DNA of 64,000 nucleotides. It comes from an uncultured delta proteobacterium (GTDB lineage Bacteria > Desulfobacterota > RBG-13-43-22). Position numbers and translations under genes: made by a program. Location: the NCBI GenBank assembly GCA_963843145.1, contig CAWJJC010000003.1:117462-181461 (forward strand), in the 5' to 3' direction. The notes under the pieces are model-generated. The model was not told the origin of the DNA, ran no database searches, and saw only the letters and a program-made list of their open reading frames with translations. How positions within the stretch are numbered: the first letter of the stretch is position 1; each line of letters opens with the position of its first letter. This document shows positions 36,671 to 45,518 of this stretch, in pieces.

Positions 36671-37150
36671 ATGCGCTATTCAACAGCCCAAATGGGCCGT
36701 ATTTTTGTTATCCGGCTGGAAGATGGAGAAGTCCTGCACGAAACGATCGAACAGTTCGCCCAGGAAGAGGGAATCCGGGCGGCGGCATTGGTCCTGGTGG
36801 GCGGGGCGGATGAAGGGAGCAAACTGGTGGTGGGGCCCGAAGAGGGGAGGGCCGACCCGGTCAATCCCCTGACCCGGGTTCTGGCCGGTGTCCACGAAAT
36901 CACCGGGACCGGGACGCTCTTCCCGGATGAGGAAGGGAAATCGGTGTTGCACCTGCATATCGCCGCCGGGCGGGAGGAGGCCACGATGACCGGCTGCGTC
37001 CGGAGCGGGGTGAAGATCTGGCATATCGGCGAAGTCATTTTGTTTGAGCTGACCGACACCCCGGCCATTCGAAAATTGGATCCCCGGTTGGGATTCAAAC
37101 TGCTTTGCCCCGAAGGGAGTAACAGCACCGAGGGGAGAAGAATGGAATAA
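36671..37150 (+). CDS. PPC domain (DUF296) protein
   Basis: FVIRLEDGE, EITGTGTL, LHLHIAAG pattern. Confidence 0.8.
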   Translation: MRYSTAQMGRIFVIRLEDGEVLHETIEQFAQEEGIRAAALVLVGGADEGSKLVVGPEEGRADPVNPLTRVLAGVHEITGTGTLFPDEEGKSVLHLHIAAGREEATMTGCVRSGVKIWHIGEVILFELTDTPAIRKLDPRLGFKLLCPEGSNSTEGRRME

Positions 37151-37166
37151 TGGAATGATGGATACT

Positions 37167-38963
37167 ATGAAAAACATACGCAACTTCAGCATCATCGCCC
37201 ACATTGACCACGGCAAGTCCACCTTGGCCGACCGCTTGATCCAGTATGCCGGTCTGGTGGAGGCCCGCCAGTTCCGGGATCAGATCCTGGACACCATGGA
37301 TATTGAGCGGGAGCGGGGGATCACCATCAAGAGCCAGACCGTCAGCCTGCCCTATACCAGTCTGAAAAGGGAGGATTATATCCTCAACCTGATTGACACT
37401 CCCGGTCATGTGGATTTTTCCTATGAAGTTTCCCGGGCTTTGGCTTCTTGCGAAGGAGTGTTGTTGCTGATCGATGCCGCCCAGGGGGTCCAGGCCCAGA
37501 CCCTGGCCAATATGTACGCGGCCCTGGAGCAGGATCTGACCATCATTCCGGTGATCAATAAGATCGACCTGCCCTCGGCCGATATCGAGCGGGTGAAAGA
37601 GCAGATCGAGATCGATCTGGGCCTGGATTCCGACCAGGCCCTGCTCTGTTCGGCTAAGGAAGGGATGGGTATCCGGGAAATACTGGAAGCCATAGTGGAG
37701 CGTATTCCGCCGCCCCAGGGGAGCCCGGAAGCGCCCTTGAGCGCCTTGATCTTCGACGCCCATTACGATCCCTTCCGGGGGACCATCGTGAGCTGCCGGG
37801 TCTTCGACGGGGAGGTCAAACCCGGCCAGGTCATACGACTCATGTATAACGGAGCGTCCTATCAGGTGGAAGAAACGGGGATCTTTCGTCTGCCCCGGGA
37901 GCCTCGTCCGCGTCTCTCCGCCGGCGAGGTAGGTTACCTCATCGCCGGGATCAAAACCGTGAGTGATACCCGGATCGGCGACACGATCACCCTGGAGGCC
38001 CGTCCCGCGCCCGGCCCGCTTCCGGGCTTCAAGGAGGTGAAGCCCGTGGTCTTTTCCTCGGTCTATCCGATCTCCTCTGAAGACTACCAGTCTCTGGCCG
38101 AGGCCCTGGAAAAATATAAGCTGAACGACGCGGCCCTGATTTATGAAAAAGATTCCTCGGCCGCCCTGGGCCAAGGGTTTCGCTGCGGTTTTTTAGGGTT
38201 GCTGCACCTGGAAATCGTCCAGGAACGGCTGGAGCGGGAGTATGACCAGAACATCATCATGACCGTGCCCAGCGTCCAGTATCGCTACACGCTCAAAGGC
38301 GGGAAGACGCTGTTGGTCGACAATCCCCAGTATTACCCGGACCCCATGGACATCGCCCTCTCCGAGGAGCCCTATATCCGGGCCAGCATCCTGATCCCAG
38401 ATACCTACCTGGGGAATATCATGGCCCTCTGCCGGGAGCGGCGGGGGGATACGCCCCACTTCAACTATCCCACCCCGGGTCGCGTGGAGATCCTGGTGGA
38501 TCTGCCCCTGGCCGAGGTCATCTATGATTTTTATGACAAGCTGAAAAGCCAGACCCGGGGCTACGGCTCTTTTGATTATGATTTCCTCGATTACCGGCCC
38601 AGCGACCTGGTCAAACTAGATATTCTGGTCAACAGCCAGAAGGTGGATGCCCTGTCGCTGATGGTCCATAAGGATCGGGCCCGAATCAGGGCCGTGCAAA
38701 TCTGTGATCGTCTCAAGGAAGAGATCCCCAAACAAATGTTTAAGATCGCCATCCAAGGGGCCATCGGCGGCACGATCATTGCCCGTTCCACCGTCTCCGC
38801 CTTTCGGAAAGACGTGACGGCCAAATGCTACGGGGGGGATATCACCCGGAAAAGAAAGCTCCTGGAAAAACAGAAGGCCGGCAAGAAAAGGATGAAGATG
38901 GTGGGAGCCGTGGAAATTCCCCAGGGCGCCTTCGTGGCGGTCCTGAAGAGCGATACCGATTAG
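37167..38963 (+). CDS. lepA: Elongation factor 4 (LepA)
   Basis: IRNFSIIAHIDHGKSTLADRL, KCYGGDITRKRKLLEKQK; ATG at 37155 or 37158 are alternative starts. Confidence 0.98.
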   Translation: MKNIRNFSIIAHIDHGKSTLADRLIQYAGLVEARQFRDQILDTMDIERERGITIKSQTVSLPYTSLKREDYILNLIDTPGHVDFSYEVSRALASCEGVLLLIDAAQGVQAQTLANMYAALEQDLTIIPVINKIDLPSADIERVKEQIEIDLGLDSDQALLCSAKEGMGIREILEAIVERIPPPQGSPEAPLSALIFDAHYDPFRGTIVSCRVFDGEVKPGQVIRLMYNGASYQVEETGIFRLPREPRPRLSAGEVGYLIAGIKTVSDTRIGDTITLEARPAPGPLPGFKEVKPVVFSSVYPISSEDYQSLAEALEKYKLNDAALIYEKDSSAALGQGFRCGFLGLLHLEIVQERLEREYDQNIIMTVPSVQYRYTLKGGKTLLVDNPQYYPDPMDIALSEEPYIRASILIPDTYLGNIMALCRERRGDTPHFNYPTPGRVEILVDLPLAEVIYDFYDKLKSQTRGYGSFDYDFLDYRPSDLVKLDILVNSQKVDALSLMVHKDRARIRAVQICDRLKEEIPKQMFKIAIQGAIGGTIIARSTVSAFRKDVTAKCYGGDITRKRKLLEKQKAGKKRMKMVGAVEIPQGAFVAVLKSDTD

Positions 38964-38976
38964 GGGCCGGCCTAGG

Positions 38977-39147
38977 AAAATCCGAAATTCGAAGCAGGAA
39001 ATCGACTCGGCTGAGCGGCTCGACCTGAGCCTTTTCGGCAAGCGCAAGACCTTGAGCGACTAGACTGAGCTCGCCGAAGTCCTGTCGCAGGGCTCGCCGA
39101 CAGGCCTCGTTGCCGGTCGAAACAAGCGGAAGGTCCAAAATCCAAAT
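38977..39147. repeat. AAATCCGA-type heptamer array interrupted by nested TGAGC palindromic elements
   Basis: aaatccgaaattcgaagcaggaaatc ^ gaaacaa..caaaatccaaat with four ..TGAGC left arms then four right arms in between (39004-39118). Confidence 0.7.
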
Positions 39148-39180
39148 TGGGGAAGGGTTGAGGTCGGAGGGGTAAACCTA

Positions 39181-40539
39181 GTGAAGGTGATCATCGTCGG
39201 TGCGGGTGAAGTGGGTTTTCACCTGGCCCAGTGGCTGGAATCGGAACGGAAAGAGATCGTGATGATCGACAAGAATCCGGAGGTGCTCAAATGGGTGATC
39301 GAGCATCTGGACGTGATGATCATCCGGGGGTCAGGCTCCGATCCGCGCGTACTGGAAGAAGCCGGCCTGAAACAGGCGGATGTTCTCTTAGCCGCCACGG
39401 ACAGCGATGAGGTCAACCTGACCTGTTGCTATTTCGCCAACCTGATGGCGCCGGATATTCAAAAGATCCTGCTGGTGCGCAACGAGGAGTATACCCGTTA
39501 CCATGATAAGTTGACTAGGGATTTGAAGATCAAAACCATCATCAATCCCGACGCCGAAGTGATCCAATCCATTGAGCGGATTATTCATGCGCCGGAAGTG
39601 GAAGAGATCAATGATTTTGTCGGTGGGCAGATCAAAATGGTGGGGAAACATCTTTCCGCCTCCAGCCCGCTCAATGGAATTAAGATTTCTAAATTGCCTG
39701 AAAAATACAAAAACCACCCGGTCATCATTGCCGCCATCGTTCGGGATGAACGACTAATCGTTCCCAAGGGAAATGATTCCTTACTTGCCGAAGACCTGGT
39801 CTATTTTGTTTTTGAAGAAAGATACTTTGACGAGATCGTGAAGTCTTTCGGCTGGCAAAGCAGGGTCCTCAAAAATATTCTGATTTTCGGAGGAGGAAAC
39901 ATTGGTTTTGGACTGGCCCAATCCCTGGAGGGCCATCGCTACAACGTCAAACTGATCGAAAAAGACTTGGAACGTTGTCAGACCCTATCCCGGCAACTCC
40001 AACGGACTATTGTGTTGCAGGGAAATGCTACCGACCAGGTTTTCCTGGAGCAGGAGAATATCGGCCGTATGGACCTGGTGGTAGCCATGACTCGGGACGA
40101 AGAAATGAATATCCTCTCCTGCCTGCTGGCCAAACGGCTGGGGGCTCAAAAGACCGTGGCCCGGGTCAACAATATCGGCTACATGCCTCTGGTGGAGGCG
40201 ATCGGGATCGACCATATTGTCAGTCCCCGAATGGCGGCCATGAACTCGATCTTCCCCTACCTGCACCGGGGACGGGTGCTTTCCACCGTTTCCATTAAAG
40301 GGATTAACGCGGAGGTTTTGGAGGCCGTAGCGCTGGAAAGTTCGGATATTACCGGTAAGGCCCTGAAGTACCTTCGTTTTCCCAAAGAGGCCCTGGTTCT
40401 GTGTATTTTCCGGGACCGGGAGGTCATCATCCCCGACGGGAATTCGGTTATTTACCCTGATGACCGGGTCATCATTCTTTCCACGCGAGAAAGCATCACC
40501 CGCGTGGAACAAATCCTGGCCCACCGGGGAACCTGGTAG
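39181..40539 (+). CDS. trkA: Trk potassium transporter NAD-binding subunit
   Basis: Two RCK Rossmann motifs, GAGEVG and GGGNIG; 452 aa. Confidence 0.95.
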   Translation: MKVIIVGAGEVGFHLAQWLESERKEIVMIDKNPEVLKWVIEHLDVMIIRGSGSDPRVLEEAGLKQADVLLAATDSDEVNLTCCYFANLMAPDIQKILLVRNEEYTRYHDKLTRDLKIKTIINPDAEVIQSIERIIHAPEVEEINDFVGGQIKMVGKHLSASSPLNGIKISKLPEKYKNHPVIIAAIVRDERLIVPKGNDSLLAEDLVYFVFEERYFDEIVKSFGWQSRVLKNILIFGGGNIGFGLAQSLEGHRYNVKLIEKDLERCQTLSRQLQRTIVLQGNATDQVFLEQENIGRMDLVVAMTRDEEMNILSCLLAKRLGAQKTVARVNNIGYMPLVEAIGIDHIVSPRMAAMNSIFPYLHRGRVLSTVSIKGINAEVLEAVALESSDITGKALKYLRFPKEALVLCIFRDREVIIPDGNSVIYPDDRVIILSTRESITRVEQILAHRGTW

Positions 40540-40541
40540 TC

Positions 40542-41993
40542 ATGCGCTGGAAGTTTATCTTGAATACCCTGGGGGGGCTGCTGGTGTGCATCGGACTATG
40601 CATGGCCCTAGCCTTGGGCTTTTCCATCTATTACCGGGATTCGGGTTTCTGGCCGCTGCTGGAATCCACGGGTTTAACCGTCGGGGTGGGGTTGGCCCTT
40701 TATCTCGCCTTTCGGCAGTCCAATTCCCAGAAGGCGATTAACCATCGCGAAGGCATGGCCATTACCACCCTCTGCTGGGTGGCCGCCACCCTCTTCGGAG
40801 GACTGCCCTTTTATCTGGGACATGTGCTTCAGACACCGGTGGATTGCATCTTTGAAACCGTTTCCGGTTTCACGACCACCGGGGCCTCGGTCATCAAGGA
40901 TGTGGAGATTGTGGCCCCTGGTTTGCTTTTTTGGCGCAGCCTGACCCATTGGTTGGGAGGGATGGGGATTGTGCTTCTGGGGCTGGCTATTCTACCCTTT
41001 TTGGGGGTCGGGGGGATGCAGCTCTATAAGGCGGAAGTTCCGGGGCCGGTGATGGACAAGCTCAAACCCCGGGTGAAAGACACGGCCAAGATTTTGTGGA
41101 AAGTCTACTGCTTGTTCACGGTGATCGAAGTGTTGCTTTTGTTCGGCGGAGGGATGTCTTTTTTTGATTCCCTCTGCCACACCTTCGGGACCATCGCCAC
41201 CGGCGGATTTTCCACCAAAAACGCCTCGATCGCCCACTACAAGAGCCTTTACATCGATACCGTCATTACCATTTTTATGATCATCGGCGGAATTAATTTC
41301 TCGCTGCATTTCCAACTTTTTCGCGGAAAGCCTTTGGCCCTCTGGCGGGATCGCGAGGCCCGTTTCTTCCTGGGCCTTCTGGGGTTCTTCACGGCAGCCA
41401 TCACCGTTTACACCTATGGAAAAAATTACCACTCTCTCGGGCAGGCCTTTCGATACGCCTCTTTCCAGACCGCTTCGATCATGACCACCACCGGCTATTC
41501 CACGGCAGACTATGAGCTCTGGCCGGCGTTGCCGCAATGCCTGCTGTTGCTCTTGATGCTGGTCGGCGGGTCAGTCGGTTCCACCGGCGGAGGGGTGAAA
41601 TGCATGCGCGTTCTGGTCCTGTTGAAACAGTCGTACAATGAACTCCTGAGATTGATCCACCCCCGGGCCGTCTTTCGTCTTAAATTGGGCGGTGAGGCCT
41701 TATCCACCGGTGTGCTGGACGGGATTATCGGTTTCTTCGTTCTCTACCTGTTTCTCCTGGTGGGTTCCACGTTTTTCGTGGCCGCCGCGGGAGTGGATGT
41801 GGTTACCGCCTTTACCTCGGCCTTGGCCTGCATCGGTAACGTAGGCCCGGGTATCGGAGCGGTGGGGCCCATGGACAATTACGCCGGACTGCCCTCTCTG
41901 GCCAAATGGGTTTTGTCTCTGGACATGTTGCTGGGGAGACTGGAAATCTATACGGTATTGATTCTATTGGTTCCCAGGTTTTACCAGAAATAA
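40542..41993 (+). CDS. trkH: Trk potassium uptake membrane protein
   Basis: SGFTTTG, TGGFS, TTTGY, GNVGPG selectivity motifs; GRLEI. Confidence 0.96.
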   Translation: MRWKFILNTLGGLLVCIGLCMALALGFSIYYRDSGFWPLLESTGLTVGVGLALYLAFRQSNSQKAINHREGMAITTLCWVAATLFGGLPFYLGHVLQTPVDCIFETVSGFTTTGASVIKDVEIVAPGLLFWRSLTHWLGGMGIVLLGLAILPFLGVGGMQLYKAEVPGPVMDKLKPRVKDTAKILWKVYCLFTVIEVLLLFGGGMSFFDSLCHTFGTIATGGFSTKNASIAHYKSLYIDTVITIFMIIGGINFSLHFQLFRGKPLALWRDREARFFLGLLGFFTAAITVYTYGKNYHSLGQAFRYASFQTASIMTTTGYSTADYELWPALPQCLLLLLMLVGGSVGSTGGGVKCMRVLVLLKQSYNELLRLIHPRAVFRLKLGGEALSTGVLDGIIGFFVLYLFLLVGSTFFVAAAGVDVVTAFTSALACIGNVGPGIGAVGPMDNYAGLPSLAKWVLSLDMLLGRLEIYTVLILLVPRFYQK

Positions 41994-42003
41994 GGATTTC
42001 CTA

Positions 42004-43128
42004 ATGGCCCCCCTTCGGGAAACCGCCGTCGGTTTATATATTCATGTTCCGTTTTGCCGAAGCAAATGCCCTTATTGCCATTTTTATTCCACAACCTCCT
42101 TGGACCTGATACCGGACTGGCTGGAGGCGGTTAAAAAGGAGGCGCTTCTTTATCGAAGCCTTTTCACTTCCTTTGATACCGTCTATTTCGGCGGCGGAAC
42201 CCCTTCTCTGCTTTCTCCACCCGCCCTGGGCGATTTGCTGGAGTTCTTTCGAAACCGGTTTTGCCTTTCCGAGGATTGTGAGATTACCCTGGAGGCCAAC
42301 CCGGGGGACCTGGATCGGGAAACAACCCGGGATTTCCGAAAAACCGGCATCAACCGTCTCAGCCTGGGCGTACAGTCCTTCTCCGATGAAGAGCTGACCT
42401 TTCTGGGCCGCCGACACGGGGTTCCGGACGCCGTCCGGGCGATCGAGGCCGCCCGGTCGGCCGGTTTTGACAATTTGGGGATAGATTTGATTTTTGGGAT
42501 TCCAGGACAAACAGGGAGCCGGTGGCAGGATGCGTTGACTTCGGCCCTTTCTTTTCAGCCGGAACACCTCTCCGCCTACCAGTTGACCCCGGAAGAGGGG
42601 ACTCCCTTCGGGAACGAAGTAACCCAGGGCCGGCTCCGCTTGTGGGAGGAAGAGGAATTTGTCCAATCGTACCTGGAAGCCTCCCGAATCCTTGAAAGCC
42701 GGGGGTACCTCCACTATGAAGTTTCGAACTTCGCCCGGGGTGAAAATCGAATCTCCCGGCACAACCGGAAATATTGGCAACAGGTCCCTTATTTGGGTCT
42801 GGGACCTTCCGCCCATTCATTCCTCAACCAGCGGCGATGGTGGAACCCGGCTTCCTTGGAGGAATACCTGGACCGGCTCCGGGGAGGACAAAAGCCGGTT
42901 GGTGGTGAAGAGGTTTTATCTCCCGATCAAATGCGCCTGGAATCGTTACTATTGGGCTTCCGAAACCGGGAAGGGGTAGCGGTGGACCAACTGCGATTAA
43001 ACCCGGCCGGCCGGACCGTACTGTCCGAGCTGGAGGCTTCCAAAAAATTAAATCGGCATAAAAAACGGCTGATCCCTACCCCTTTGGGGTACCTGCTGGC
43101 GGACCGCCTGCCTTTATTTTTTTATTGA
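42004..43128 (+). CDS. hemW: Radical SAM heme chaperone HemW
   Basis: YIHVPFCRSKCPYC, GGGTPS, YEVSNFA, HNRKYW. Confidence 0.9.
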   Translation: MAPLRETAVGLYIHVPFCRSKCPYCHFYSTTSLDLIPDWLEAVKKEALLYRSLFTSFDTVYFGGGTPSLLSPPALGDLLEFFRNRFCLSEDCEITLEANPGDLDRETTRDFRKTGINRLSLGVQSFSDEELTFLGRRHGVPDAVRAIEAARSAGFDNLGIDLIFGIPGQTGSRWQDALTSALSFQPEHLSAYQLTPEEGTPFGNEVTQGRLRLWEEEEFVQSYLEASRILESRGYLHYEVSNFARGENRISRHNRKYWQQVPYLGLGPSAHSFLNQRRWWNPASLEEYLDRLRGGQKPVGGEEVLSPDQMRLESLLLGFRNREGVAVDQLRLNPAGRTVLSELEASKKLNRHKKRLIPTPLGYLLADRLPLFFY

Positions 43129-43218
43129 GGTCGGCCGAAGAAAAACGTACTCTATAGTTGGCACCCCCGAAGCATGAAAAGGTAGTTAAAAGTTATTCTT
43201 ATATTTAAAGGGATAAAC

Positions 43219-43839
43219 ATGAAAAAGATTCGATCAAGATTATGGCTGCTTACTTTCCTTTACTTGATCTCTTGCCTCTGGATAAAGACCGGGGAGGCTG
43301 CCGGGATTGAACCTCTCCATTGGGGTATGACCCTCGGGGACTTGACCCAGGCCCTATCGAAGGAGGGATCGACTGATGTCATTTTACGGGAAGATCCCAG
43401 CCGTTCAAGTATGGTTTTGCCTTATACCCCCTTGAAATCCCTTAAAATCTCCGGGGGGCGGATAACGGCCCTGGTTGAGGTAAAAAAATCCGCCGCTCCG
43501 GAAAGCCTGGGTCGGATTTTCGGTTATGCGTACGAGGGCCGATTCTTTGGTCGGGTGGAATCATTTAAACAAACCCCTTGGTCATCTCTCCAGGAGATCA
43601 TCCGGAAATTAAAGGAAAAATTTCCCGAGGGGAAAGTTGTTCGCACCTTAAGCGGCGCGAAGACCTTCAGCTATTTTGAGTACCGGGGGAAGGACCTTTA
43701 TGTCTTCACCAATGAGGAGGGGGTCTATTATTTTGATCCCTTGACCTTAAATACGGTAGTCCGTGAAGAACAGAAGGCCTTGGGGGAAAAGGAATCCAAA
43801 TATCAAGAAGAAACCCGTGACTCTTTTAGGACCCCCTAA
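43219..43839 (+). CDS. Hypothetical exported protein (paralogue A)
   Basis: Signal-peptide-like N-terminus; colinear similarity to the next ORF. Confidence 0.8.
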   Translation: MKKIRSRLWLLTFLYLISCLWIKTGEAAGIEPLHWGMTLGDLTQALSKEGSTDVILREDPSRSSMVLPYTPLKSLKISGGRITALVEVKKSAAPESLGRIFGYAYEGRFFGRVESFKQTPWSSLQEIIRKLKEKFPEGKVVRTLSGAKTFSYFEYRGKDLYVFTNEEGVYYFDPLTLNTVVREEQKALGEKESKYQEETRDSFRTP

Positions 43840-43871
43840 ACTCCAACTAGTGGTATTTTGAAAGGCGATTC

Positions 43872-44540
43872 ATGCTATTCGGTGGCCGGGAAAATGCGGT
43901 TTTTGGACGGGTAGAAAGTCGTTCCTGGAATCTCTGCCAGGTTTGCATCGTTGTCGGCCTACTCCTTTTCCCTGCGATGGGATTTGGTGAAGACCTGAGT
44001 CTGTTACCCTTGCGCTGGGGGCTAAACCTGGAGGAGTTGAATCGTTTGTACCAGGAAAAGGTCAACCCCCGCGGGGAATTGAAGACGGATCTACAAAGGT
44101 TCGAGATCGACCTCCAGATTCAGCCTCGCCAGTCGGTTAAAATTCCTAAGGGGGATCTGGTGGCCCTGGTGGAAATCCCTAAGGGCGCCGGACCTTCCAG
44201 CCTGGGCCGTCTGTTCGGCTACCTCTGGGAAGGAAAGTTTTTCGGACGGGTCCTTCTATTTAGAGACTATGCGCCTTTGACTTTGCCCGAAGCCGCGCAG
44301 CGTCTCAAGACTCTGTACCCGGAGGGAAGACTTTTTCGCCAATTTACCGGCACGATCATGTCCTATCAATTTGAATTGGACTCCGCGCGGATGCGCATCT
44401 TTTTGAACGATCAAGGGGTCTTCTATTACGATCCCGCGGTGCTGAAGAAAGTCCTCCGAGAAACAGAAAGAGAAAAACAGGACCTGTTGGAGAAGAGAGG
44501 GGAGAGGCTATTTTTAGAGCATGGAAAGGGTACGTATTGA
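43872..44540 (+). CDS. Hypothetical exported protein (paralogue B); start uncertain
   Basis: Hydrophobic N-terminal segment; shares PL.WG, SLGR.FGY..EG.FFGRV and GV.Y.DP with the previous ORF. Confidence 0.8.
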   Translation: MLFGGRENAVFGRVESRSWNLCQVCIVVGLLLFPAMGFGEDLSLLPLRWGLNLEELNRLYQEKVNPRGELKTDLQRFEIDLQIQPRQSVKIPKGDLVALVEIPKGAGPSSLGRLFGYLWEGKFFGRVLLFRDYAPLTLPEAAQRLKTLYPEGRLFRQFTGTIMSYQFELDSARMRIFLNDQGVFYYDPAVLKKVLRETEREKQDLLEKRGERLFLEHGKGTY

Positions 44541-45300
44541 AAAAAACGGGCCGATTACGACGATTATTCTGAACCGGCCGGAGGTGCGCAACGCCGTTGA
44601 TCGGCCCACAGCGGAGGCCCTGGTGGAGGCCTTTCAGATCTTTGAGCTGGATGGAGGTGCCCGGGTGGCGGTCCTGACGGGTGCCGGGGGCTGTTTTTGC
44701 GCCGGGGCCGACCTGAAGGCCATCAGCCAAGGCCGGGCCAATCGTTTCGAAGAAGACGGCGACGGCCCCCTGGGTCCCTCCCGGATGTCTCTGTCCAAGC
44801 CGGTGATCGCGGCCGTGGCCGGGTATGCCGTCGCCGGGGGACTCGAACTATCCCTGTGGTGTGACCTCCGGGTGGTCGAGCGAGATGCCGTCCTGGGAGT
44901 CTTTTGCCGTCGCTGGGGGGTCCCGCTCATTGACGGCGGCACGATCCGTCTGCCCCGTTTGATCGGGTTGTCCCGAGCACTGGACCTGATCCTTACCGGC
45001 CGTCCGGTCGGGGCCGAAGAGGCCTTGCGGATCGGCTTGGCCAACCGCGTCGTGGAAACCGGAACGGCTCGCCAGGCTGCCGAATCCCTGGCCGAGGAGA
45101 TCGCCCGCTTCCCCCAGCGCTGCCTGCTCAGCGACCGACGGTCGGCCTACGAACAATTTGACCTGACTTGGGAAAAGGCTCTGAAAAATGAATTTCGATT
45201 GGGCCTGGAGACTATTCAAAGCGGGGAGACCGGGAAGGGGGCTGAGCGTTTCAGACAAGGAGCAGGCAGGCATGGGATCTTTGAGGATGTTTCCGATTGA
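44521..45300 (+). CDS. Crotonase/enoyl-CoA hydratase family protein
   Basis: LNRPEVRNA, FCAGADLK, AVAGGLEL, RRWGVPLIDGG. Confidence 0.93.
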   Translation: MERVRIEKNGPITTIILNRPEVRNAVDRPTAEALVEAFQIFELDGGARVAVLTGAGGCFCAGADLKAISQGRANRFEEDGDGPLGPSRMSLSKPVIAAVAGYAVAGGLELSLWCDLRVVERDAVLGVFCRRWGVPLIDGGTIRLPRLIGLSRALDLILTGRPVGAEEALRIGLANRVVETGTARQAAESLAEEIARFPQRCLLSDRRSAYEQFDLTWEKALKNEFRLGLETIQSGETGKGAERFRQGAGRHGIFEDVSD

Positions 45301-45309
45301 TTTAGGATT

Positions 45310-45456
45310 TTGGCCAATGGACAGGATCGCAAAAACGGTGACCCCGGCCTTCAAGGCGATTCGTCTTCTTTCGCCCGGTGATTTGTCGGGAGTGAGTAAC
45401 AGAAAAACCGGTATGGCCCCCAAGGGATCAATGACCGCTCCTACGAAAAACAAACC
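45310..45456 (-). pseudogene. MarC family membrane protein, N-terminal remnant
   Basis: Reads FFVGAVIDPLGAIPVFLLLTPDKSPGERRRIALKAGVTVFAIL (MarC N-terminus); in-frame stop just upstream, then runs antisense into the crotonase gene. Confidence 0.75.
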
Positions 45457-45518
45457 CTAACAACCTATGGGTGCTTTTAAAATTCGTATTTTGCATTCAT
45501 TTTCCACTCGAGGTTCCC

